Source: Lama guanicoe
Taxonomy: Eukaryota
Assembly (NCBI GenBank): GCA_013239625.1
Contig: MU054338.1
Coordinates: 496,001-560,000, forward strand
Reading direction: 5' to 3'
DNA length: 64,000 nucleotides
Below, piece by piece: positions 1-12,558 of this stretch; the first letter of the stretch is position 1, and each line of letters begins with the position of its first letter. Made by a program: the position numbers and the translations under genes. The notes beneath the pieces were generated by a model. That model was not told where the DNA came from, did not search any database, and saw only the letters and a list, made by a program, of their open reading frames with translations.

Positions 1-82
1 AAGGACATGTGCGCTGGGCGCCAATCAGCGGCGGGGGCGGGGCGCCCGGCCCGCGCGTCCACCGCCGGCGCGCCCGTCCGCG

Positions 83-117
83 CCGTCCCGTCCCGTCCCG
101 TCCCGTCCCGTCCCGTC
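83..117. repeat. (CCGTC)7 pentanucleotide microsatellite just 5' of the CNN2 start codon
   Basis: Seven perfect CCGTC units read directly, within a CpG island (about 1-330). Confidence 0.95.
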
Positions 118-151
118 CTGCCCCGTCCTGCGCCCGCCGCGCCCGCCAGCC

Positions 152-3100
152 ATGAGCTCCACGCAGTTCAATAAGGGACCCTCGTACGGGCTCTCGGCCG
201 AGGTCAAGAACCGGGTGAGTGAGGGGCGCGCCCCGCCCCGCCAGCCCAAGCCGTCGGACCCTCCACTTCTGCAGGGCGGGCGCCCCGCCAGGCTCCCCAC
301 CAACTGGGGCGGCCCTCCGCCTCCCTAATATCTGGTGGTGCCTCCCGAGGCTCCCTCAACCTTAGGGGAGCGGTGATGTCTGTGCTCTGGCATAGCCTAA
401 CATCTAGGAGTGGCTGAGTCTAACCCCTTCCACAAGCCCTGCTCCCCCAACCCCACCTCGTCTGAAGCCCCCCAGCCCTGGGCCCCTCAGCGCTGCAAGG
501 CCTGAGAATGCCCTGAGGGTCTTAGGAGACCCCAGCAGCCCCTCTCCTCATCGCCCTACCCTACTTCTGCTTTTGGGGCCACTTAAGTTTCGGGAAGGGT
601 AGGGGCCGGCCGCTGGGTTTTGAGAAGCCTGTGCCCCCGCCCGGAATTTCCCAACCTCTTACACCTGGGAGGTGGGGCACCAAGGGGGAAGTTGGAGTTG
701 AGGGGCCATGGCCCCACTGTTCCTTCTACATTCTCTTTCTCCCCAGCTGACAAACTTAAAGGGATAGCAAAAGGGCCCACAGGACCTGTGGGGTCCCCTG
801 AACGTGACCCTGGGAAGTGGGTTTTGTAACTTGCAAACTCAGGGTGGGGCTGGGGAGACACCTCTTAAGAAAACACTTGTGGTTCAGGCTCAGAGAGAGC
901 CAGGCATTTCTGGAGGGTCACACAGCAGGGTCGGCCCATCTAGGGATAGAGGAGCAGGGGGTGATCCCAGACCCAGGGGGAGGTCCTAGGCTTGACAGAC
1001 AAGGGCCATCCAGCTGGAGGAGGTCTGTCACCCCTGTCCACCCCACACACACTTCCACAAGGCTCCTGGGAATGTGGTCCCACAGTGACAGCCTCTGGGA
1101 GCCTGCCTGGGCACAGCGGGGACGCAGCCCTGCCGGCCCCCAGGCCACTGCCCCGTTGGCACGCCAGGACCACAGACAGGAGGGTCTCTGCATCACCTCT
1201 GGGAGCTCCGAGGAGCCTCCCTCCAGCTGGTCTGGGGAGCCAGGGGAGCCGAGGGACTGCACGGGTCTGCCAGGGAACAGAGCCAGCTGGGTGGGAGGGG
1301 ATGCTTTAATGTGCCCTACCCAGGACCAAGATGGTTTAAGACTCCTGGTTTGCACACAGGGCTCAGAGACCACCTTTCAAACTGCCCAGAACCACACAGC
1401 TTGCCAGTGGCAGTCAGGACTCGAACCCAGACCTGCCACAGGCAGTGCCTTACAGCCCTGGATCCTCCAGGGCAGTGCCGGCTTCTTCCCTGAGGCAGCA
1501 GGAAGTGGGTGAGGGCGCAGCCCCAGCAGGGGTGGGAGCAGCTTCCTGAGAGGCAGTAGGGATGGGGGCAGGTTGATACCTGCTCTGTCAGGGAGGAGGT
1601 CAGTCGGAAGGCTTCCTGTGACCAACTCTCAGTTTGCAGGTCTGGAGGTTGGGCGGGGCCCCCACCAGCTTGCCAGGGTCACTCAGAGGCCAATTCCACA
1701 CCAGAATTGGAAGCCAGGTTCCTGTGGCTTCCAGCCCACGCGCCACCCACTTTCCCAGCTGCTAGAGTGGGGAGACCTGGTGCCCCCTCTGCCCAGCCTG
1801 TGCCTCACTTCCCACTCCTGCCACCTGGCTGGATGGCACAGAGGCAGGCTGATGTCCAGTGTGTCCCTCTCGAGCTCTCTGGCCGGCTGGGGGGTCGGGC
1901 CGCCGGGAACAGCTGGTCCCGATTTAGCAGGGAGGCAGCGGCTGCATTCCTGGCAGTTTGCGGTGGGGAGGAATGCGCTGAAGGCCGGCTGGGCAGCGGG
2001 GGAGGAAGGCAGCCGCTGCGGGGCGGGGCTGCCAGGCGCCTTTGCCCCGGGACCCTGCTGCCCCAACCTCCCCTGGCCCCCGAGAGCCGTCAGGGACGGG
2101 CCCCAGCTGGGCAGGCAGGCCAGGCCTCCAGACCAGCCTTTGTGCTTCGAGCTCAGCTCTCAAGATGACCCTGCAAGCTTCGTTTGGGCGGGGCTGCTCC
2201 CCAGGGGTGGGGGCATGGGAACCAGAGACCAAGGCCTGAGGGAGGGGGTGGGCCTGGCGGATCGGGTTAGCAGGCCAGCCTCCCGCCTTTGTCTGCCTTG
2301 CACTCTGGGCAGCTCTGCACTGATCTGGTGTGTGGAGGTTTCTAGGCAGGAAGCTGGAATCAAGGGGCCCAGGTCTGGTGAGCCTTATGAAAATGATTTA
2401 GACGTAGATGGGGAAACTGAGGCACTGGGTGAAAACTGTCCATGATCATCAGGGAGTTGGGGGCAGAGCTGGGAAGAAGACTTGGGTTTGCAAGGGCCAC
2501 TGGGGTCCCAGTCCCCTGGGGGCTGTGGAGGAGAGAAAGGGAGAGGGGTGGGGTCGGCGTGAGTAAAGGTGACCAGGGGTCTGGGACAGAAAGCCCAGCC
2601 GCCTGGGCAGCCGGATCCTCAGTTTCCCACCGCCCCTCCAAGGAGCCGCCCTGTGCTGCCTACACACCATCCTGGGTCTCCCTGGGGGCTGTGAGATGCT
2701 GCCTTGGGGAACAGGAAGTGTTGAATCTGTGAGCAGCAGTGTGTGCTGCTCCGGGACCACGAGCATCTTTATCCAGGGACAGCCTTGAGCTGAACGCACA
2801 ACCTGTAGGCCTGTAAGTAGGGATGGACCATAAGCAAGGAGATAGATCAGCTCGTAGAAGATGGAGGAAGGTTAGACGGAGACAAAGCAGGGTGGGGCGG
2901 GACCGGGAGTGGGATGAGGAGGGCCTTCACAGCCAGGTGGTCAGGGAAGTCCTCTCCAAGGAGGTAACCTTCAAGCTACAAATGGATCGAAGGAAGGGAC
3001 CCAGCTATGCAAACGTCTGAGTCCACAGTGACAGCATGTGCAAAGGCCCTGAGGCAGTAACTGGTATGGCCAGTTCAAGGAGCAGAGAAAGGTTTGGTGT

Positions 3101-6100
3101 TTCCTTAGTAAGTTAAACATAGAATGATCACTTGGCTCAGCAATCCTACTCCCAGGTATAGACCCAAAAGAATTGAAAACAGGTGTTCAGACAAAACTTG
3201 TAAATGGATGTTCACAGAAGCGTGATTCACAACAGCCAAAAGGTGGAACCAACCAAAATACCCATCACTGGGTGAAAGGATAAACACAGTGTGTCCCTCC
3301 ACACACAAAACATCACTCGGCCGTGAACAGGAGAGAAGTACTGACACTCGCTCTCACGTGGACGGACCCTGAGAGCACGATGCTTAGTGCGAGAAGCAGA
3401 CACAGAAGGACACACCGTGTGTGACTCCGTGGATGTGAAACGTCCAGAACAAGCCAGTCCACAGACACAGTGGATTCTTGGTTGTCAGGGGCTGGGGAGG
3501 AGGAGCAGTGGGAGGTGACAGCTAATGGGGATGGGCTTCCTTTTGGATTGACAGAATGTTCTGCAACTAGATAGAGGTGATGGTTGCACAACACTGAATG
3601 TACTAAATGCCATTGAATTATGAACCTTGAAGTGGTGGGTGTTGTGTGTATCTTACCACAGTTTAAAGACCAAAACAGAGAAGGGCCGGTGTCTCTGGTG
3701 CCTGGAGATTAGGGAGATGGCGGAGGGGGAGTGCAAATCCTTTACAGTTTGTGTTGGCTGCTGTGTGGGGTTTGGCACCACTGGAACTAGATTATCCCCG
3801 ATGTTGATCAGTGGGACATACGGAGCGGTTTATCTGTGCTGATGGGAAAGGGGAGTTGTGTGCTCGGGTGGTATGGGGACTTCCAGGCCCCACTGTCTCT
3901 TCTTCACCTGGAGCCATGGGCACCACCCCATCAGAAGCTTCATGAGGCAACAGCTGGGTGTGTGTTTACTCCAACCCTGTGCCCTCTGCCCCTCCAGCTC
4001 CTGTCCAAGTATGACCCTCAGAAGGAGGCGGAACTCCGCAGCTGGATTGAGGGACTCACCGGCCTCTCCATAGGCCCCGACTTCCAAAAGGGTTTGAAGG
4101 ACGGGCTTATCTTATGCACGTGAGTGTGTGTGTCTGCATGTGCTCATCACCCTGACTGCTGTGCACAGTGAGGTCATGCTCCACGTGCTGTGTGACACCT
4201 TCTTGCTTTTCCTTCAAGAGTCTCCGGTCTTTCTCACCCTTCCTTTTTCTTGTGTTACTGCTTTGTCCAGGATCACTAATGGGGAGCATCCTTACCCCTG
4301 TCCTTTCTCAAGAGAGCCTCTAACATGACTGGAGGCCTCTCTTTGCTGCATCCTGGGTGGTTGTCACTCTTTGGCACCTTTGTTTCTTTGGTGGTGAAGA
4401 CTAGATTGCAGCGGGGGGAAACTGAGGCCCAGAGAGAGGCAGTGAGATTGGCCAGGAAGGCATGAATTAGTCTCTTGGGTCTCTGTGGTTCCCCAACCCT
4501 GATGGAAGTTCCCGTGTCCCCCCACCCATGTGTCCCCCACAGACTCATGAATAAGCTGCAACCAGGCTCAGTCCCCAAGATCAACCGCTCCATGCAGAAC
4601 TGGCACCAGGTGAGGGACTGGCGGGTGGAGCAAGGACAGGGCTGGGGGGCCCCACCTGACAGGTGGGCAGACTGAGGCCCCTCACCGCCCTCTTCTCCTG
4701 CCTCCTCCCAGCTAGAAAACCTCTCCAACTTCATCAAGGCCATGGTCAGCTACGGCATGAACCCCGTGGATCTGTTCGAGGCCAACGACCTGTTTGAGAG
4801 TGGGAACCTGACACAGGTGCAGGTGTCTCTTCTTGCCCTGGCTGGGAAGGTGAGGCCCAGAGAGGGGTAGCCACCTGCCCAAAGTCACACAGCAAGCCAG
4901 GCGGAGATCCACAGATGCTCTTAATTTCTTACTTTGGAAAGATTTTTGGGCACCCACAAGGCACCAGACACTTTGGATTCGAGGGTGACCAAGGTAGACA
5001 CAGTCCACCCCTTTCTGGGCAGGTCATGAACAAAATTTTTTTTTTTTGGTGGGGGGGAGGTAATTAGGTTTATTTATTTATTTAATGGAAATACTGGGGA
5101 TTGAACCCAGGACCTCGTGCATGCTAAGCGTGCGCTCTACCGCTGAGCTATACCCTCCCCCTACAAATTTTTTTTATTAAAAAATCCCTCATATGTTAGA
5201 GCATTTTTAGGTTCACAACAAAACTGACTGGAAGGTCCAGAGACTTCCCAGCTGCCCCCACCCCCGCCCTGCTCAGGCATGGTCTCCCCACCTTGGTTAC
5301 AGTCCGTGAGCCTCCTTGGACACCTCATGATTTCCCAGAGTCCACATGAGGGTTTGGGCTTCAAATAACTTTGTTTTACAAATTATACATTATGAGAAGC
5401 AAGTGTTACGCTTGCACCAGGGTCTGGTGACCAGGGTGGGTTAGAGCAGTGCTTCAGGAGGAGGGAACTGCCAGTTCTGCCACGGGCTTGAGGAGGAGGT
5501 TTGCACATCAGGGAACTGGGTTCCAAATAGTGTTTCTGGGAACCTCTGGTAGCTGCCCCGTGGGCGGTGGAGATGCAGAGACCGGGGAGGAGCCAGGGAA
5601 GGCCTCCGGCGAGACGGTGCCCAAGGCCAGGACGGGTGGCCAGGGAAGGGCAGAAGAAAGGTAAGAGACACAGGCGGCAAGGATGACCCCAAATTCTTAG
5701 CCTGAGCAATTGGAAGGCTGGGGCCGCTATGGCCGTGGGAGGGGAGGTGGGAGCCACAGGACCTGCTGAGTCTGAGGTGCCCAAGGGGTTGGGTGGCAGG
5801 TGCAGGGGGCAGGTTGCAGCCCAGCCCCTAGGCCTCGCCTGGGCTCATACACCATGCACCTGGCTTGAGGGACCGGGCTGCCCCACCCTGATACTCCTGT
5901 CCCCCTCCCCTGCAGGCTAAGACAAAGGGGCTGCAGAGTGGTGTAGACATTGGTGTCAAATACTCGGAGAAACAGGAACGGAACTTCGACGATGCCACCA
6001 TGAAGGCGGGCCAGTGCGTCATCGGGCTGCAGGTGGGCGCCGGGCTGCTCCACCCTGGGGCCCCTGGTGGGCAGGCTTCTGGTGCAACCTAGGCCCTGTG

Positions 6101-7182
6101 CAGCCCAGCAGCCCCTCAAGCTCGGGGCAGGGTCTAGTGGCCTGGCGGGGACCATCTGACCTCTCCCACCTGCCTCCCTGCAGATGGGCACCAACAAATG
6201 TGCCAGCCAGTCGGGCATGACGGCTTACGGCACCAGGAGGCATCTGTACGACCCCAAGAACCATATCCTGCCACCCATGGACCACTCAACCATCAGCCTC
6301 CAGATGGGCACGAACAAGTGTGCCAGCCAGGTGGGCTGCGCCCAGTCCCGCCAGACCTCCACCTGCCTCCCCTCCTCGCCAGACTCCGAGGGCTCATCCC
6401 TGTTGCGAAAAACCCCACTCTGGGTTTCCCTCCTACCCACTGTGCCCTTGCCTGCTCTGTCTCTGCCTCAGCTTGCTGTGTGTCCCTGGCGATGTTACTA
6501 CCCAGCTCCGTGCCTCAGGTTCCCTGAAGGTTTTGCCTGAAAGCCCGTCCAACTCTGATATGTTTAGATCCTGCGAGTGTCACTTTTCCTCCTGTGTATC
6601 ACTGAGTATCACTGATGGCCTCCGGAAGACCTGAGCCCCAGCCTGAGCAGCCTCCTAGCTGGCAGGGACAGCTGGGCCCAAACACTGTGGTCCTTAGGGA
6701 GGGGGGGGGTCACTGGTAATTGAGATCAACTCAGCACAGAGTCAGAAAAGAGAGGGTTCTGACCAGGGCTTGGGAGGGTCTGTAGTAGTCTCCACCGTGA
6801 ATGCAAATACGGGGAGGTGGGAAATGATGTGGGAATTTGGGGGAAGTTCTCCTTCGGGGCCTCTGTTTCCCCCTCTTCTTCCTTAATGCCTCTCCTCCCT
6901 CTCCAGGTGGGCATGACGGCTCCAGGGACCCGGCGGCACATCTATGACACCAAGCTGGGGACAGACAAATGTGACAATTCCTCCATGTCCCTGCAGATGG
7001 GCTACACACAGGGCGCCAACCAGAGCGGCCAGGTGTTCGGCCTGGGCCGACAGATATACGACCCCAAGTACTGCCCACAAGGCCCAGCAGCCGATGGCGC
7101 TCCAGGGGCTGCCGGTGACTGCCCTGGCCCAGGGGAGGCCCCAGAGTACCCCTCCTACTACCAGGAGGAGGCAGGCTACTGA
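152..7182 (+). CDS. CNN2: Calponin-2, 7 coding exons, 309 aa
   Basis: Exons 152-214, 3998-4119, 4543-4609, 4712-4849, 5916-6032, 6184-6330, 6907-7182. All introns are GT-AG and phases match; 930 nt total. Starts [21 protein letters not shown], then a CH domain ([17 protein letters not shown]), calponin repeats ([10 protein letters not shown] twice, [13 protein letters not shown]) and the tail YYQEEAGY*. Confidence 0.98.
3105..3670 (+). mobile_element. Old L1 (L1MB-like) 3' fragment in CNN2 intron 1
   Basis: L1M 3' motifs: CAGCAATCCTACTCCCAGGTATAGACCCAAAAGAATTGAAAACAGG, GGTGATGGTTGCACAACA, AATGTACTAAATGCCATTGAATT. Boundaries are approximate. Confidence 0.8.
5036..5161 (-). mobile_element. tRNA-derived SINE (vic-1-like, camelid-type)
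   Basis: Minus strand reads GGGGGAGGGTATAGCTCAGCGGTAGAGCG (A box) ... GGTTCAATCCCC (B box) ... AAATAAATAAACCTAATTACC and an A-tail. Flanks share ACAAA(A)TTTT. Family name is from memory. Confidence 0.85.
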
Positions 7183-7815
7183 GGTGCCCAGGCGGGCTAT
7201 CTCCTCACATCTGTTGCCCCATCTGGGTTTTCGGGTTTTTCTGTTTTTGTCTTGTTTTCCTACATGTCTGAGTGCTCCGGGCAGCAGTTTCCCAGCAGGC
7301 TTTGGGCCAGGCAGCTGCCGAGGGGAAGAAACCCCGGCTCCAAGGGGTTCAGGCCCCAAATGGTTTCCGGTTACTTCTTCCCCTCTTCTTTTTTCTCTGC
7401 TGATCAGTTTGTGGTTTCTGTACCCACAAAAGTTTCAGGCGGTTTTGAAAGTACTTTTTTTTTTCAGGGGAACAGTGTGGGGGATGGTGGAGGGTGCTGA
7501 AGGAAGTAAGTTCCCTAGGAGAAGGCCAGGCCACAGTCCCCAAATATTTTAAGCCTCATAAAGTACTGAATTTCCCTAGGACCCTCAGGCCAGCAACGCT
7601 GGCCCCTCCCAGGGGCCCGTGGGGACACCGAGGCCCAGACATGACAGTGAGCTCTGAAAGTTTGAGGCAAAGCCAGACGCCGCCCCAACTCGTCCTTACT
7701 CCCCTACCAAGTGCTGCACAGGTACCTCCACCCGGAGGCCCTCCTAGGGACCAGCCCCTGCCCAGGAGCCCTGGGACCAAGAAATAATGTGAAATACCGA
7801 CTGTGGACCAAAGGA

Positions 7816-7821
7816 AATAAA
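7816..7821 (+). terminator. CNN2 polyadenylation signal AATAAA
   Basis: Canonical hexamer about 630 nt after the stop, followed by U/GU-rich sequence. Confidence 0.75.
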
Positions 7822-8589
7822 GCCTCTTTTTAGGAAATGAAGGTGCTGGGGTCGGTGTCCAAGACAGCCTGGGGATGGGCGGGCCAAGCTGGCCTCTGAT
7901 CCCTTCCGGAGCCATGGGGGCCTGGGGGTGGGGCGAAGGGCAAACCTCTGTGGAGGTCCTCAGGACCGCCTCCCTGGGAGGGGTAGCAGCTGAGGCCCGG
8001 GGCACAGGAGAGTTGGATATGGGGATTTGAGGATCAAGGCCTGGGGTCGAGGGGGAGAAGTTGGAAGCCTCGCCCCTATCCCCCAGCCCCAGGTAGACAG
8101 CTGGGCTTCATCCAGCCTGGTATAGTCTCCACCTGGAGCGCCCTCCCTGGCAAACTCATCCTCAAAGCCCCAGCACCAAAACCACCTCCTTCCACGGAGC
8201 CCTTCCTACACCTCTCACCCTTCCCAGCGCCTTAAGACCTGTCGATCCACACACTTGTTTCAACTTCATCATGATCTTGTGAAATATACCCAATATTCCA
8301 GAGGGAGAAACTGATCTGGAGGTCTTCTTCAAAATCAGGGTGACCATTATGACCCAACTGTAATCTTAGAATGTTGGCGTCCCCTCCCTCTTCTGCCGTC
8401 ACCTGGCCCACTGTAGGGTCCGAGGAATGTTTGTGGAATGAATGAATGAGTGAAAGAATGAAGACTCTCCGAACCCCCGTTTCCTGGATGCGCAAGTGGA
8501 GCCCCAGGGTATTAGAGCGAGTCTGGTTAGGACTGCGTCCCCCAGGGGAAAGTGGGGAGAAAGGGACCTCCTGTGACCAGGAGCTGCGG

Positions 8590-9000
8590 TATTGCAGGTA
8601 GCTGTGAAACATGGGAAGACAGCCGGGCCCGTGTGTCCGGAGCCCAGCCGGAAGGGGTTGAGCCGAGCGCCCCGCCTCCTCGCGGTGCGGCAGCAAGAGG
8701 AGCGCCTTCCCAGCCCTTTAAGAAACCCGGCTCAGCGTGTCTCCGCTGTGACCCCGCCTCCACCCTCAGCGCGCGCGGCCCTGGCTGGCCCGGCCTCTGA
8801 GTGGCGGGTAGGACAGCCAATGGGGATGGACTAGGCGGGCCGGGCCGGGAGCGGCAGCGCGCGCGGGTCCACAGGTACAGCTCGCTGCAGGGACCCCTCT
8901 CCCTCTGGAGTAGGGGGGAGGTGGGGCTGCTGTTAAGGGAGCCACGCTCCCTGGCCGCTGTCGGGTGGAGGGAAGGCGGCAAGAGCTGGGGGCTGGAACG
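8590..9000 (+). promoter_or_regulatory. CpG-rich candidate ABCA7 upstream promoter or non-coding first exon region
   Basis: High CpG density, CCAAT at 8817-8821 and GC-box-like GGCGGG, about 1.7 kb upstream of the ABCA7 ATG. A second cluster (CCGCCC, CCAAT 10393-10397, ATTGG about 10430) lies just upstream of the ATG exon. The TSS cannot be determined from sequence. Confidence 0.5.
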
Positions 9001-10622
9001 GTGAGAGCTTCCCAGAGAGAGAGGATGGCCCTGAGACTCTCAAGGAAGGATGCGGGGGTACGGATGGTTGGGAAAAAGGTAGATTCCCTGGGCATTAAGG
9101 GATGCGGGCGGAGTCCAGACTCTCACTTTCACTCCTTGCCAGGGAGTGTCGGGGACCGCAGAACTGACCACTCATTCTCGAGGGGAAGGTTGGGCATTAG
9201 ACTCCCCTGAGAGGCGCTTTGCCAACATACGTTAGCGGATGGGAGACTCCCCTTTAGAATGGGGGTCTCACAGATAGGTGGGTTCTTGCCTGCTGGCTGG
9301 AAAGGATTCGCAGCACAGGCAGAGGGACAGAGTGAAAGCTGTTTTATTGCTTAAGGGGAAGAAGAAAAGGCCCTGGAGCGGGGAGCGGGGGAGCCATAAG
9401 CCCGGGTGGCTTGACCAGGAACTGCCGCCCTTGGGGGTCTCAGCTGGGTCCTTTTATCTGTTCCTCTTTGTGGCTTCTTCCCGTTGGCTGCCCTTTTCGC
9501 TCTCATTCCTCCGCTCATTCCCCTGACTCCTTCTGCTCTGTGCAGCAGAGCACTTTGCGAAAACAAGATTAAGCAGGCGGGACCCTCAAACATTGTGGTC
9601 AGATAAGATTAGATCAGTTGGGGCTCTCTGTTCCCTTAGGATAACTTTAACATTACTCAAGCAAAAGTATCTCCTAAGTTAAATTTAAACTTTTAAAGAC
9701 TTCTCTAGGCAACGAATGAGTGCAATTTCAGGTCCCTAGTTCCCCGCCTCCCTCACACACACCTGCAGTCCCTCTTCCCTAAACTCTTTGCCTCATTTTA
9801 CAAGTAGAGTAACTGAGGCCTCTCCCCCAGGTCCCATTTGTAAAGGAGAGTCCTGGAGTGGGGGCCGAGGGTCCTGGGTCCACTCTGTGCCCTACTGGCG
9901 GCCTCAGCTTCGCCATCTGTACGGTGATGAAGTAGGCCAGGCTGGACAGTTCCAAGTAAGGACAGTATCAAGAATCGCTGGTTCCAGGAGTCTTCATTCG
10001 CTGCCTCTTCCACTCACTCATTTTCAGGATCTTGTGATTTTTCTGAACAATGAATAATACATGAGGGTGGGCAGAGCTGGGGTCCTGCCTCTGGCTGAGT
10101 GACTCGGCCTGACTCTCTAGGGGCCTGGGGTGGCCCCTCTTCCAGTCAGTAGTGTAAAATGTCCAGCACAGTGTATACTGGTTGCTAGTATCATTGGGGA
10201 AGAGCCGGGGTAAAGGGAACTTCCCCCGGGTTAGGGACATGGCTGGGGGACAGGACCTGGAGACCTCCAAGTGGGGCTTCAGGGGGAACCTGGTGATGAA
10301 AGAGTTAAGCTGAGGCTCCGCCCCCCTGCAGGATTAATTGAGCGCCTTTAGGACGCCTCCGATAGCCCTGGAAGGAGCGACAGCCCCAAAAACCAATCAG
10401 ATCCGAGGACAGCTTCGGGCAGGGCTCCCATTGGCTTACTACACCGGGAGAGGGGAGCCGCTTTAATAAGTGCCTACTGTTTTCTTGGCTCTAAGCAGAG
10501 CTTCCAGGAACCCTGCGCAATGGAATAGATGATGAGGTTCAGAGAGGGGCAGGGAGTTGCCCGCAGCCACACAGCAGGTCCTCAGCCTGACCTCTGCGTC
10601 CTGTCTCCCGTCCATTTCCACC

Positions 10623-12515
10623 ATGGTCTTCTGGACGCAGCTGATGCTGCTGCTTTGGAAGAATTTACTGTATCGCAGGAGACAGCCGGTAAAGCCCCGT
10701 CGGGTGAACCAGGGCGGGGCGGCCAGGGCGCCCGCCACAGCCCCCCACTCCTCCCGCCTGTTCTGCCCCCGCAGATCCAGCTCTTGGTGGAGTTGATGTG
10801 GCCTCTCTTTCTCTTCTTCATCCTGGTGGCCGTACGCCATTCCCACCCCCCACTCGAGCAGCATGAATGTAAGCCCCCGCAGCGTCCAGCACTTTGGGAG
10901 GCAGGGAGCAATGGTCACCCTATCCACAGGGCCCCCAGTGAGCGTTAGGAGCACAGATCAGGCACTCAAATAATGGCTGAGAGTGAGCGCTCTGTCGCGG
11001 GGGGGCGTAATCACGATGGGGACTCGGACAGGAGCCCCAACATCCGGTGTCCCCACAGGCCACTTCCCCAACAAGCCGCTGCCTTCAGCGGGCACCATTC
11101 CTTGGCTCCAGGGCCTCATCTGCAACGTGAACAACACCTGCTTCCCGTGGCCCACGCCTGGAGAGGAGCCTGGAGTCGTCAGCAACTTCAAGGATTCCCT
11201 GTAAGTAAGATGCTGTGGGAGCGGCGGGGTGAGGGGGTGCCCATTGGCCACCGCCTCCCGCTCTCTCTCTCTGTCCCCAGGGTCTCCCGCTTCCTGGCAG
11301 ATGCCTATAGTGTCCTGGGGGGCCCCAGTGCCCAAAGGATGCTGGCCAGCCTGAGGAAGCTCATGCCCATGCTGAGGGCAGCTCACCAAGCTAGGGCAGG
11401 TGAGAAGGCAGGAGCCTGGGGGCAGGCAGGGCTGAGCACTGAGCCTCCGCCTGATTGTGAAACAGGCAGCAGGTTGGGGGTGGGTCTCAGATTAAGCTTC
11501 CCTAACCCTCTGCTTCTGTGCCTTACTCCCTCAGCCTGGCCTCAGCCGAGTGACCAGCCCAAGGAGGGACCACCCCTGGCCACTGAGCTGCTGAGGACAC
11601 TGCTGCTAGGGGTGAGGTGGGGTGGGACGCTGCTCTCATGGGGCCTCGGCGCTGCCCGTCCTGGACCAGGCACCTCCTTCTGGGACCTCTGATTCCAGCC
11701 TTCAGGCCTTGGCCTGGACTGTCCCTGGTGCCCAGTGTGATGTTCCTTGTCCGATCCGTGCCCAGACAAGCCACGTCTGGCATGCTGGTGAAGACTCCAG
11801 CTCTGAGACCTTGAACAGATCATGTGCTTCTTAGAGCCTCAGTTTCCCTGTTTGTAAAATGGGGTCTCTGAAAGTACTGACCCCGTGGAAACTTGGCTAA
11901 GCCTCTCCTTGTGAGATGTCACTGAATGTCGTTGACTCCTTGTCATCTTTCTCTCCAGGAATCCCTGGGGTCTGTGCTGGGCCAAGCCCCGGAGTCCATG
12001 GGCAGCTTTGTGGAGGCAGCAGAGGACCTGGCCCAGGAGGTAAGAGGCCTATGCATCCTCGACCCCAGCCAGGAAACTGGAACTGTGGCCGCCCGGACGG
12101 TGGGGTGACAGGGCAGCCCCATGCACCTACCCTCTGTAGGTTTGGGGAAACACAAGCAGAAAGAGAGGGAGAGGGTTCTTCCGGCAGAGTCCCTTGCCCT
12201 GGTGAAGGCGTGGTAGGGGAGCCACGTGGAAGCGAAGACAGCCAGGACCCTCTGGTGACCCACCTCCAGGTCCTGGAGCTGCCCAGCCTGGTGGAGCTGC
12301 AGGTGCTGCTGCAGAGACCCCAGAGGACCACTGGACCCCTGGAAGTGGTGTCAGAGGCCCTCTGCAGTGCCAGGGGGCCTAGCAAACCGGCGGGGCCCTC
12401 CCTCAACTGGTATGAGGCCAGTGACCTGAAGGAGCTCATGGGACAGGAGCCGGCAAGGGCCCTACCTGTTGACAGCCTGAGTGAGTGACCACCTTGGTTT
12501 CCCAGTCTGGGAAGT

Positions 12516-12558
<43 letters not shown>

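Noticed and set aside
817-2445. 231-aa and 290-aa ORFs in CNN2 intron 1
   Set aside because: Non-ATG starts, no domain, overlap with MIR-like fragments; typical GC-rich chance ORFs.
5085-5160. tRNA gene (also 22850-22925)
   Set aside because: The tRNA-like head is followed by the SINE tail, A-run and target-site duplication, and I could not identify a convincing full cloverleaf.
6181-6330. Near-identical 30-nt direct repeats 120 nt apart
   Set aside because: These encode the calponin family repeats ([10 protein letters not shown]), a known protein feature.
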